Assembly (NCBI GenBank): GCA_965644315.1
Contig: CBFFRQ010000088.1
Location: 62,001-126,000, forward strand
Origin: Caecitellus pseudoparvulus
Lineage: Eukaryota; Protista; Bigyra: Bicosoecida
DNA length: 64,000 bases
Direction of reading: 5' to 3'
The position numbers were made by a program, and so were the translations under genes. A model generated the notes under the pieces. The model made no database searches. It saw only the letters and a list, made by a program, of their open reading frames with translations, and had not been told where the DNA came from. Below are positions 34,001 through 45,268 of this stretch, in pieces; the first letter of the stretch is position 1; each line of letters begins with the position of its first letter.

Positions 34001-35116
34001 GGCAGCTGCCCGGTGCAGCCATCGCGTCCAAGTGCGAAGCCAGCGGGCATCTGAAAAGTCAGTGGACACTTCACGCTCGAGGCAGGACACAGCAGTGCTG
34101 TGGCTGCTGTCCACGACGCTGCAGAGGTTCTGCACGCCGGAGCCCGAGAAGCCATCCCCCTCGGCAGGACACAGACGGAGCAGCAGGCGGTGGGCAAGGG
34201 GGGCCAGGTATCGGGTGTCGATGCGCGCGTACTGGCGCGCGGGGGCTGACAGAGGCCGGCTCCGCCAGTCGGACGTCTGGTACGACTTGTCCGTGTGCAC
34301 TTCAAAGGTGCGCTTGAGCAGAACGGCCAGGGCGCGGGACGAACAGCCAGCCGCCTTGGCGAGGTCCTGGGTGTCCAGGACACCGCTCAAGTACAGATCG
34401 AAATTTGTGGCGAGCCAGACGACATCGTTAGCGCAGCCATGCAGCAGCTTGATGACGGTCGGATCCAGCAACACTTGGCGAAAGAGTGCCGAAGCACGCT
34501 CGTCAAGGAGACACTGCCGAACTTCAGGCACCAGCGGATCTGCGACGGGTCGTGGGGGGGGGGGGCAGCCCAAGGAGTGCAGGGACCTGCACAAGGAGCC
34601 TGGCAGAAGCGCCTCTCACCGATGAGGAAGTCATGGTTCTCCACGGAAACCTGGAGCAAGCACACGAATCCGTGAAAGGAGAAGGTGTGGTGGTGCTCCA
34701 GGTCCAGGGCCATAACCTTGGCATGCTGAAGTACGCCCTGCATGCTATGAAAGGAAGCCTCAGAGTCAACCATGGTGAGTGTGGCTTGTGGAAGCTTCAA
34801 CACCGGTGGCTCCTCCTGGGCAACGTGGCAAATGGTGTCGGCGTGTTGGGGTGCGACTACGCCGCCGGGCAGCGCGTCTCTGACGCACTCCGCGCATGAA
34901 ATCCATGATGCACTCTAAGAAACACTCTTCAATGAACTCTTTCTGGGCCGCTGCAGCAGCGGCCCTCAGCCCAGGGCGCGGAGACAGCAGGACTCTCGAG
35001 AGAGCTTGTGGGCGCATCAATTTCCGCACTGCACGCCGCCTCAACGCTGCTGCTACACCGCCGCATGCGGCGAGAGCGACAACGGCAGGGAGCAGAGCCT
35101 GTTTATCTCGTTGCAT
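31058..35116 (-). CDS. RRP6-like 3'-5' exonuclease (DEDDy) with N-terminal membrane anchor and EXD2-type C-terminal HNH-like domain (RRP6L3 architecture). Exons 35116-34889, 34815-34620, 34539-31058.
   Basis: Introns 34816-34888 and 34540-34619. ExoI MALDLEHHHTFSFHGFVCLLQVS, ExoII HGCANDVVWL, ExoIII DWRSRPLS...YARIDTRYL. C-terminal LYDSC..DGTPL...DWYVRKGLA, NMCVRCG..IVP...KSHSCHDVVLLCANC and FF...QPQFMPDGWHV. Confidence 0.88.
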
Positions 35117-35396
35117 GCTTGGCGCGGTGGCGTGTCCTGCTTCTCAGCACACGAGCACAACGTAGCCAGCGCCGGGAGGAAAAAACAAGCTGCTCCGACT
35201 GAGTTCCGGCCGAGTGGCAGTGCTGGCTGGAATGGGACGCAAGCAGGGCGCTGCCTGGAAGCTTGCCAAGAAACGGGGAGTTTTGGCAGAACGAGGAAGG
35301 GACTGGAACTTGGCGCGGGAGTGGCGACTGTGAACTTGCCCGGTCAGGCACACCGCAGTGATCGGCGCGATTTCGCCGCCAACACAGCCCAGCGTG

Positions 35397-36399
35397 TCAG
35401 GCAGATTGCACTGCCCCCATGACCTGTGCCCAAGCGTGTTCATCTGAGCCCTCCAGGATGCTGATCTCTTTGAGCACGTTGGCTCTGGCTTGCGCCTCAG
35501 CGCCGCCAGCGACGGAGCCCGGCAGCGCGAAGATGCAGCCCTGAACGATGCCGGCTCCCTTCGCAGCTTGCTCTGCCTCCTCCATGGGCAAGAGCTTGTC
35601 CAAGAAGCTCCGCAACACCTTGCTGCGCCCGGCACGGTAGTCTGCGTCCGGGAAGCACGCGTACTCTGCTCGAATGCAGCGGGCGTAGTCTGCGTATGCT
35701 TCCCATGGCCGGGACAGCACCAGCATGTCCACGTCCAAGAACGCCGCCAAGTCCAAGACATCTGTAGGAAGTCAGACCGCGCAACAATGCGCAAGGGAGG
35801 GTGCTGAGAGCGGACCAGAGGTACTGCCGCAGCCAAGCCGCACCTTGTGAAGGGAGACCGGACAATCCCTCGTCCAGCTCCCCAAACACCGAGTGAGCAA
35901 TAGATAGGGGGGAGTCCTTGTCCTCCATGGAGTGTGCCTTCGTGCGGAGGATGGCTTTCACGACCCACGCCAAGTCTGGGCCAAAGGTCGCTGGCTTTAC
36001 GCCAGCCTCGTCCAGCCAGTCCAGCAACAGCAGAGCGCTGTCCTCTTCGTTGCTCTTGCTTTGAGGGTCGTAGACTGCGTCATGAAAGGCAATAGCGAGC
36101 ACAAAGGCATCGTGTTTTTCTATTCCCGCCATGCCTTCCATCGTCCCGTGCATGTCTGCGGAGGGTGGCCACTTGGCGTGTTGCGGCTCCGTCGCACTGC
36201 GGCCTTGCCAGCCTTCCGCACCTGTGATGTGCTGCATCGTGTGGTACGCCCGATGGGGCTCTTCGTATCTCTTAGCTATGTCTTTGAACCAAGCCTCGGC
36301 AGAGCTTTGCGTCAGGGCGGGGACGAGAGCCACAGCGGAGGTTACAAAGGCCTCCCGCAAAGAGCCAGTCCTGGCAGAGAGCGCTGCGGCTGCGGCCAT
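35397..36399 (-). CDS. Predicted metal-dependent phosphohydrolase, HD superfamily (COG4339 type). Exons 36399-36222, 36155-35844, 35761-35397.
   Basis: Motifs RYEEPHRAYHTMQHI, LAIAFHDAVYDP..KSNEEDSA, ILRTKAH, FLDVDMLVL...YADYARCIRAEY...YRAGRSKVLRSFL and ARANV. Introns 36156-36221 and 35762-35843. Confidence 0.88.
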
Positions 36400-36588
36400 G
36401 GCTGCTGGTCAAGCTACGGCAGCAGGTGGGACAGTTGCGAGCAAATCAAAAACGGTCACAAGGAATGTCAAAATTTTGGCTCTTGTGAATTGATGCGTTC
36501 ACTCTTCATTCATCCCTGACGGAGCCTACTGCATTGGACCGGGAAGCAGCACGGCCAGCTGCGGAAATCGCCGTCTGAGCTGTCTGCG

Positions 36589-39500
36589 ATGGAAGGCGCT
36601 GCAGCCCCACTGAAGGGGGAAGCAGAGTCCTCGTGGCAGGACACTATTGCCACTGTGTCACCTGCAATCGTCAACATACGCATCAGTCGTGTGCGCGGCA
36701 TTGAACGCAGCAAGCCATCCTTTGCCTTCGCCACTGGCTTCGTCGTGGACAAGGCACGAGGCATCATACTCAGCAACCGCCACGTTGTCGGCACTGGTGT
36801 GTATGTGGAGCACTAGCATAGCCAACAGTGAGATCCACTTCTTCCCCATGCCCGCAGGCCCCTCGCGATCTGAGGCTGTGTTCCTGAGCAAGGAAGAAGT
36901 GGACCTCACTCCCATTTACCGCGACCCTCTGCACGACTTTGGTAGGTGCCCTGCCCGCCGGCCACCTGCAGCGTGGGCCACCCCAACTCACGCCAAGTGG
37001 ACTTTCCCCTTGCCTAGGGTTCTTTCGCTTTGACCCCGCCGATGTCAAGTACCTGGAGACGGCGCAGATCGAGCTGTGTCCGCACGAGTGCACCATTGGA
37101 GCTGACATTCGCATCGTGGGCAATGACAGCGGCGAGAAGTTGAGCATCCTGCCAGGAGTCATTGCACGCAAGGACCGTGAGGCTCCCCAGTACAGCGGCC
37201 CGTATCAGGATGCAAACACGTTCTACGTCGCTGCCGCCTCCAACACCTCTGGAGGCTCTAGCGGCTCACCGGTGCTGAACGTGCGTGGCCATGCCGTTGC
37301 CATCAACGCAGGCGGCAGCACAAGCTCTGCTTCTGCATTTTACTTGCCTCTTGAGCGCGTGCTCAGGGCCCTGCGCCTCATCCAGGCCGGCGTGCAGGTG
37401 CCCCGCGGGACACTGGGCGCGCACTTGAGCCACAAACCCTTCGACGAGGTGCGGCGCCTGGGCCTGAAAGAGGGCACGGAAACCGCTGTCCGTGCAGCCA
37501 ACCCGAGGGAAACGGGTATGCTGTGTGTGCACCACACTCCACCAGGCACGTTCGCCGACGGCGTCTTGCAGTCTGGAGATGTGCTGGTCGGCCTGAACGG
37601 CGACCCTGCGACCCAGGCAGCCCCCTTCGTGACCCACTTCCAAGCCGTTGAGGAAGCCGCTGACAATGCTGTCGCAGTGGTGCACAGCGTGGTGGGTGCA
37701 GCAGCCAGCATCGCAGTTGCGCATGGCATGCCAGCCCACCGCGTCGCTGCGGCGTGCCGGCGCGCGAGCCAGGCAGCATGGAGAGGCCCTGGCCCCGCTC
37801 CTGCATGGTATCGCCCAGCACACTTCACCTGCGAAGTGGGTGTGGACGGTGAGCAGACCACCCACCCCGCGGCCTTTGCACAGTTGGAGGGGGCACCTGA
37901 TGCCCTGGGCACCCTCCCAGACACTCCCCTCGCGAATGCCACCCGCAGCAGTGCCTCAGACGCTTCACTGAAGCCACTTGCAACTGCACACGCAGTGCTC
38001 CCGGCAGGCTTCCTCGACAAGCTCCATGCTGCCTTGACAGCCGCCACGCCCCCCGCCCCCGAGCACCCCCAGGAGGGTCTACAAGGCGGGCCCTTGCTGC
38101 CTGCGCCTGCAGGCGATGCGCAAGCAGCCCCAGCGCAGGCACTGACGGGGTACCTGCAGGAACCAGTTGCAGCAGGCCAGTTCAGTGCACACCGCCGCCT
38201 CATTTGCCCTGCCCAGCTGGGATCTGTGGCATGTGCTTCCTTCCACGGCTCCGTGCCGCTGGCTCCAGCGCTGTTGGAGAGCGTGGCTGCCGTTGACCAG
38301 GCTGCAGGTGCCGTGCTGGAAGCTGTGGCTGGTACTGCTGCCCACTCCCTGTCTGCCGCCCTGGAAGCCCTCCTTGAGGCAGCGACTGCGGTGCAGCCGG
38401 TGCTTGAAGTCCACATCCAGCGAGGCGGTGAGGGCATGGTGCTGCAGGTGCCTGTTCACAATGAGCACCTCTTCGTGCCGTGGAAGCTGCTCTCCCTGTC
38501 TGGTGCAGCGCTGCACGAGCTTTCCTGGCAGACAGCCCGTGCTTACAACGTCGCCCCTACAGGGGTGCTCGTGTCCAGCGACGGGTACATGCTCTCCCGT
38601 TCCCACATCTACGCATTGAACATCATCATTGGCATGGCCGGCAAGCCTGCGCGCGACGTGGAGGAGCTGGTGGGTGTCGTGGCTCAGCTGCATGACGGCG
38701 CCCGAGTGCCGATGCGCTTCTGCCCCCTGGGCACATTTCGAGAGTACACCAAGGTCGTCACCATGGACCGACACTGGACGAACCCCGAGGTGCTCACGAG
38801 GAACGACGTCACAGGGGAGTGGACACGGCAGACCTTGCCAGAGGCGCCACCTGCGCCAATCGTAGAGGCAGGCTCGCTTATGGTTAAGTACCTCAGCCCG
38901 CTATCAGCCTCCGCAGCCGGTGAGGAGCTGGTGCTGCCTCCTGCCGGCTCGCCTGAGCTCACTGCTTTCGTGCAGGACTCCCTGGTGCGGGTCGACTGTG
39001 ACCACTGTTACTCAGTGGACGCTCTGTACGCCTCTTCGTTCATGGGCACGGGGGTGGTGGTGGACAACCAGCGGGGCCTGATCGCTGTGGACAGGGACAC
39101 TGTTTGCAACGCTGTGGGGGACATCCAGGTGACGGTGGGCGGCAGCGTGAAGTTGGACGCAGTGGTGGCGTTCCTGCACCCCACCATGAACGTGGCCCTC
39201 ATCGCAGCCGACTTCTCGGCACTGTCGCAGCCGCCGCCCACCTGCCCACTGACCCCCCAGCGTCCACCTGCAGGTTCTTCCGTCACCTTCATCGGCCAGT
39301 CTCTTGAAGGGGACTTGCTCCAGCACTCTGCCACCGTCACTCGCCCCGTGCAGCCCCTGAACTTGCTGTGCTCCACGACGCCTCACTTTGTCGCATACAA
39401 CGAAAGCACCATAGGCGGGGACAAAGTGGTTCAGTCCCTGGGTGGCGTGTACTTGGACGGTCACGGGCGCGCCTGCGGCATGTTGGCTCGCTACGCTTTT

Positions 39501-40355
39501 GACCGAATGCCGTCTTCCGCCAAGGTCACCAGCATGGACGGTGGCCTTGCCATGCAAAATGTGTTGGTTGCCTTGCGTGCCGTGCAGGCTGGCAGCCCGC
39601 CGCGCCTCATCAAGCAGCCTGGTCAGCCGCTGCCCGAAGCCAGCCTACCAGCCATGGGTGTGGAGTGGAGACTGGAGCCGTTTGCCGATGTGAGGGCTGG
39701 TCTGGGGCTGCCTGTGGAGTGGGTGCAGCGCATGGAGGAAGCCAGCACCGGCTCGCGACAGGTGCTCACCGTGTCACGCATCATGCCTGGTTGCCCAGCT
39801 GGCGATGTGCTGCAGCCTGGAGATGTCCTGCTGGCCATAGGGGACAGGACACCCACCTTCTTCGAGGAGGTCGAAGCTGCGTGCATTGCTGCGGGGACCA
39901 GCTTGGATGTGACTGTGCTGCGGTCTGGGGAGGTGCTGGGCCTGGCCGTGCCGCTTGCGACGATGAGCGGCCGAGAAACACAGCGCCTGGTGCAGTTCCA
40001 AGGCACCATGTTGCAGGTTGCGCACTGGTCAGTCTTCCTCAGAGGCTTCGTGCCCGCCACTGGCCCCCTCACTCCGTACATCTCCAGGTGGAGCCTGGGC
40101 TCTCCTGCCCAGAAACACGGCGTGCGTGCCACGAACTGGATCCTGGCCGTGAACGGGCACGCCACGCCCACACTGGATGCCTTCCTTGCCGCGGTGGGGA
40201 CCCTGCAGCACGGCTCCACAGCGCGCCTCGCCCTCACCAGCCTGCAGGGCAAGCAGACCATGGTCAGCATGAAGCTCGACCTCGGGTACTTCCCCACCAC
40301 CCAGCTGCAGCTGCAGCCCGACGGCTCCTGGTCAGCAGAGGAAATGACGGTGTAA
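36589..40355 (+). CDS. NMA111: HtrA-family serine protease Nma111/DEG7 (duplicated protease and PDZ modules). Exons 36589-36796, 36858-36941, 37018-40355.
   Basis: Catalytic triad in ILSNRHVV (His), YRDPLHDFGFFRFDP (Asp) and TSGGSSGSPV (Ser) after removing introns 36797-36857 and 36942-37017. VGNDSGEKLSIL. Second degenerate protease domain GTGVVVD..GLIAVDRDTV. C-terminal PDZ domain. Confidence 0.93.
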
Positions 40356-40399
40356 CATGAATTCATGCAGCAACAGCGAGCAGTGCGGCGGCACTGTGG

Positions 40400-41773
40400 C
40401 TACAGCGACTCTGCCATGTTCAGCACCCCCACTGCTGGGTGCTCCATCACCTCCCGTTGCTTCGCGGAGAAACGGAAGGCGCCGTAGTGCCCTGGCTTAC
40501 GAACACTTGTGTGGGGTCTGGGCACGGGCGCGGAGGTCTCCGCAGGCGGCCCGCTCTCGTCGCTGCCGCCTTCCACGAGGTGCGCGGCTTCTTCCTGCCC
40601 AGCGCCGCCAAGCGGGGCCAACGCGTCTGCCTCTCCACTGCCGCGCAGACTGGAGGCCACCATGGACCGCACGGCAGGCGAGGCAGCCAGCGCCGCCAAG
40701 GCCTCTTGCCGCGTGGCCCGCGGGACGCTCTCCACCCGAGCAACCTTGCCATCCACCATGTGCACCACGCGGTGTGCGAAGGCCGCCAAGCCGCGGTCGT
40801 GCGTGACCATGATCACAGTCATGCCCTTGTCGGCGTTCAGGTCTGTGATGAGCTTCATGACAATGTCGCTGTTTGTGGTGTCCAGGTCGCCAGTCGGCTC
40901 GTCGGCCAGGAGCAGCTCTGGCCGGTTGGCCAACGCACGTGCGATGGTGACGCGCTGCTGCTCCCCGCCACTCAGCTGGGGCGGCTTGTGGTCCAGGCGG
41001 TGTGCAAGACCGACAGCCTTGAGCAAGCCCTGTGCCCGGGCGGCCTTGTCCCCTGCGTACCCGGCAATGGTCAGCGGGAGGGCGACGTTTTCAGTGGCGG
41101 TCAGGGTGGGGATGAGGTTGAAGGCTTGGAAGACGTAGGAGCAGTGCTGCAGGCGGATACGGGCCAGGATGCTGTCAGGGGTGCTGGCTGTGACCCGCTC
41201 GCCACACAGCAGCATGTCCCCTCGCGTGGGCCGGTCAATGGTGCCCATGATGTTCAGCATCTGTGTCGGCGGGCCAGTTCTGCGGCATGTCGCTCCGCTC
41301 CCTGCCGCACGGCGCCTCGCAGGCATCACTCACGGTGCTCTTGCCTCCCCCTGACTTGCCCAGAATCACGATGAACTCCCCAGCAGCAACAGTCAAGGAG
41401 ACACCGCGCAGGGCGGGCACACCCTCCGTCCCCAGCAAGTACGTCTTGTGCACATTCCTCAGCTGCACCAGTGTGCGGCTGCCAGGAGGGGGCGAGCCCT
41501 GCCCCTGGCGGCTCCTGCTCGGCAGCGACACTGCTGACATCTCCCCTACAGACAGGGCTGATGCATCGGTGTGCTGTGGTGGCGCAAGGGGCAGCAGGAC
41601 CATGCAGGCAGCTGGCGTGCGGTTTTTGACCTCGCCACGCCACCACGCACGATGGACGACGCGTCTTCCCCCATGTCATGCGAGCTGAGGTGGTCGGAGA
41701 CGAGCCCAGATGTAGGCCTGCTCCTGTCCTCGGCAGGCGCGGCAGCGCCTCCCTCCCGCGAGGAGGCAGCCAT
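40400..41773 (-). CDS. Stand-alone ABC ATPase of the LolD/MacB type, with no transmembrane domain. Exons 41773-41651, 41573-41334, 41260-40400.
   Basis: LRNVHKTYLLG.EGVPALRGVSL. Walker A GKSGGGKST|MLNIMGTID across intron 41261-41333. Q-loop VFQAFNL, signature LSGGEQQRV, Walker B LLLADEPTG, H-loop VTHD. The first exon is joined by in-phase intron 41574-41650. Confidence 0.9.
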
Positions 41774-42193
41774 GCTCCCCGGCAAGGAGGATGAGGAAGT
41801 GCCGTGCGCAGGCGCGGATTTTCCCTGCAAGGCACGAAACACGAGCCCAGGTCGGCGTGGCCAGCAGGCCAAGGCACAGCGGCGCGAGGAGGTGTACTGG
41901 TTGCTCCCTCTCCGTCTTCAAGCTCACTGCAGGGGCAAGTGTGGCCGCCAGGCGTTTGCTTCGCAGAAGTGCCACCAGAGCGTTTCTTGCCACAACCCAT
42001 GCCCCCCTCGACACACCCCCACACATTCGCACTCTGCCGGCAATCTTAACCCAACAAACCTCTTCCCCACGCTCCCTACCCCAACTTGCTTCCCCCTCCC
42101 CCAACGAAGCAGCACACGCCGCAGCTCCCCACCCCCCCAAGTTCTCCGAAGCCGCGAGAACTATTGCTCCTGCACCCACTTCCCCTCTCCACC

Positions 42194-44038
42194 ATGTCGT
42201 CCCGCAAGGGCGGTGGACGCTCTGTGCAAAAGTGGGAACCAGAGGTGCGTGGAAGCATGCCATGCCTGCAGTTCCTGCCCCCCGTGCCGCCCGACGGCAG
42301 CCTGCAGGGCCTAATGCGTCACCACCACGACTTCCGCTTGTGCGCTCAGGAGGATGCCCACTTAACATCTGTTCTGGAGGACCTCCGGACTGCCAACGGC
42401 TGGTCCACCATTGCTGACGTGGATTGGCGTGAAGTGTCAGCGCGGGTGGACGACCGGTGAGTGACAGAGCCCTGTCACAGCCTCAAACAGCACCCGTTGC
42501 GCAGTGCGGAAACATCTCGGAGCCGCTCCCGCTTCTCAGTTCCACCAAGCAGTGCCGTGAGCGCTACTTCAACGTGCTAGACCCCACCATCCGTCGCACA
42601 CCATGGCTGGCCAGTGAGCTGGACATCCTGTTCAGGTGCGTCGCGCGCGCTGGCGTCGAGGGCATGGCGCAAGTGCTCACGGAATCTGCTGGGCCAAGCT
42701 CAGTCCGCGTGGGCGTTTCTTGTCGAAGTGTCCCTCACTGTGCCGGCTCCTGCGCCGCCCACCCAGCGCTGAGCATCCCCCACACACGTCCATTGGCTTC
42801 CCTGTGCAGGTCCCACGCAGAGCTCGGCAACTCATGGCAAGAAATCGCCAAGTGCGTGCCGCACAAGCAGTGTCGACAACTCGCCCCAATCCCACACACC
42901 ACGCCTTTCCTTCCTGCGCCCTTACAGACGCATCCCTGGGCGCTCCGAAAGCCAAGTGAAGAACGTGTACTACTCAGCTGTCCGCCGAGCCGCTCGTGAG
43001 AGTGAGCGCTTGGGCATGGAAGTCAAGCCAGAGTTCATCGTGACGCAGACTGCTGAGCGGGAAGTGAAAGCTGGCAACTGCAGCTTGCCTGGCGCCGTGA
43101 GCACCAATGCGGGGTCTGTCGCGGAGGGTGGGCCTGCAGGGGGTGCCCCTGCTTCCCAACGCCGCCGCGCCGGGTCCATGGAGGCCTCCCCAGTCCTGTC
43201 TGGCATCCAGGGCGCCGCCACCACCCAGCTGCAGACGCACGTGTCCCCCCCCATCGGGCCCCTGGCTGGCCCCACGGCAGGCACCGTGCTGCTGCCAGCC
43301 CCCGCCATGGCCATGACACCGGCAGAGGCAGACGACGACGCGGAGGACGACGACGACGACGCCGACCTCTCCCTGGACAACAAGCCCTCCTCCGCCTTCC
43401 TGCAGGCGCCCACACCGCAGCCCCGACACACGCTCACCTCCCACGTCGCCACGCACACCTCGCCCCACCAGTACCACACGACTGCCCTCGCACAAGGCAT
43501 GGCAAGTGGCAAGGATGCAGGCTTGCATGACCCGCAGGACTCCACCCACGCCATTCTCCCCGTCGTCGTGGCAGGCGGCGTGACGCACCAGTCTGTGCAC
43601 CTGTACCGTCGCAAGAACCTCGTCACGCCCAGCCCGCTGGGGGCTCCAAGCGACCCGCCCATGGCTGCTGTGGGGCAGCCACCCTCCCTCTCCCTCGCGC
43701 CTGCCGTGATGAACAACTCAGGCCCCTACGTGCCTGCCAGCAGCTACGAAGGTGACGGCGACGTCGACCTGGCAGCTGCCAACGCCACCATCGACTCATG
43801 GCTGGAGCCCGGGGCTCCCGCACCTTCCCCCCCTGGTGCTGGGGCGCCGCTGGGCCCCCCGGCTGGCCTGCGCATCAACGTCTCTGGCATCAGTGCCGCC
43901 ATGCAGAAGGTCGGCTTGCAGTCCTCCGTGCACAGCCCCAGCCTCATGCTGGCCATGTCGCACATGCGGGCGCTGCCGCCCACTGCACCCTCTGCTTTCA
44001 TGGGCATGCCGCCCCAGACAAGCGTGAGGGTGGGCTGA
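42194..44038 (+). CDS. R2R3-type Myb transcription factor. Exons 42194-42244, 42350-42456, 42540-42635, 42810-42851, 42928-44038.
   Basis: The spliced product reads KWEPEEDAHL...DWREVSARVDDRSTKQCRERYFNVLDPTIRRTPWLASELDILFRSHAELGNSWQEIAKRIPGRSESQVKNVYYS. Four GT-AG introns: 42245-42349, 42457-42539, 42636-42809, 42852-42927. Acidic, Pro-rich tail. Confidence 0.92.
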
Positions 44039-44151
44039 TGCCTCTGCAGCCCGCTGACCCTGCCTATGATGTATTGCTGTGCTTCCATTCTCGCACGGGC
44101 CCTGTACATGTGTCGGTGCCTGCAGCCCCGCGGCTGTCCAATGCACTCGCC

Positions 44152-45268
44152 TCAGACGGACAACTGCAGCTTCAAGGGCGCGCACGCCTCCCCTGTCGGG
44201 CCCAGGCCTCCGAGGGTCAGCAGCCCGTCTCCACTGGCTGCTGCGATAGCACTTGCCGCAAACACTGCCGGCAAGTGCCCCTCCACGCGCTGCAAGGCCC
44301 AACCACCCTCCCACGTCAGCACCCAGCAACACGCACAGGGGGCCTTGCCGTCAAAGCCACCCACTGACACTGCGCTGTCTCCCACACGCACCGCTGGTGT
44401 GCTTGCCGCTACGCTGTGCTCCAGAGCCACCTCCTCGCCCCACGCGGCGCCTGCAAGTGCCTCGTCCGTCGATGGGCCCATGGCCTGCGCAGACACAGGC
44501 AGCGACAGCACTTGCAGGGTGTTATGCACGCCCTTGGCGCCCTTGCCTCCCCAAACTGCCAGCCTGCTGCCCCCCTCCCCGTCGTCGGTCAGGGTGGCGC
44601 AGTGCAGCTCACGGGGTGCCAAGGGCGGGCCCGTGGCTTGCACTGGCTGCCACGTCCACTGCCGCCCTTCCGGCATCCACAGCACCCACACATCGCCCAG
44701 CGGCCCAGCTTCGGGGCTGGCACCCCCCACCATCCACATTCCCTCCCCAAGCACAGCGCAGGTGTGCCCAGTGCGCGGTTCTGGCACAGCTCCGCAGGCC
44801 ACGTCCACTAGTTCCCACGCCCACTCCTTCGTGTCCAGGCGCCATACACTGTTGAAGATGGCACTCTGTGGGGCATTCATGCCCCCACACGCAACTGCAG
44901 AGCCATCCTTAGCCAGCACTAGAGTGTGACCTGAAGTTGCTGGTGCGTCGCCGCTGCATTCCTGTCGCTGCACTTGCCCACACTCTGAGCCGCGCGAGGA
45001 CAGGTTGTGCGAGGGCAGGACACAGTGGAATCGCTTACTGCCACGTACCAGTGTCCCAGATCAACACATCACTGAAGCACACGCCAGCAGCTGTGCTGCC
45101 GCCGTGCACCAACGCCTTGCCAGGCTCCCAGGCACAGGCAGCTGCGCCTGCGCGCTCCCCTAGTGTCGCATCCTCCAGGGACACAGCACAGCACTCAAAG
45201 TGGGGTGGTTTTTTCCCTCCAGACCTCTCTGCCACTGCTCCTTTTGCCTCAGCCGCCTCGGCTGCCAT
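44152..45268 (-). CDS. Kelch-repeat beta-propeller protein (RABEPK/KLHDC-like). Exons 45268-45049, 44984-44152.
   Basis: Repeated Kelch blades: ERAG...LVHGG..FSDVLIWD, GHTL...CGG..NSVWRLD..EWAW, PEPRTGHTC...MVGG..GDVWVL, PRELHCAT...VWGG. Intron 44985-45048. Confidence 0.85.

Noticed and set aside
37660-38400. Insertions in Nma111, ATR and the CH domain as inteins
   Set aside because: No Hint-domain motifs, no terminal His-Asn followed by Cys/Ser/Thr, and no homing endonuclease signature; the composition is simple low complexity.
41571-42314. 247-aa plus-strand ORF upstream of Myb
   Set aside because: It is explained as the antisense of the ABC ATPase first exon plus non-coding C-rich leader.
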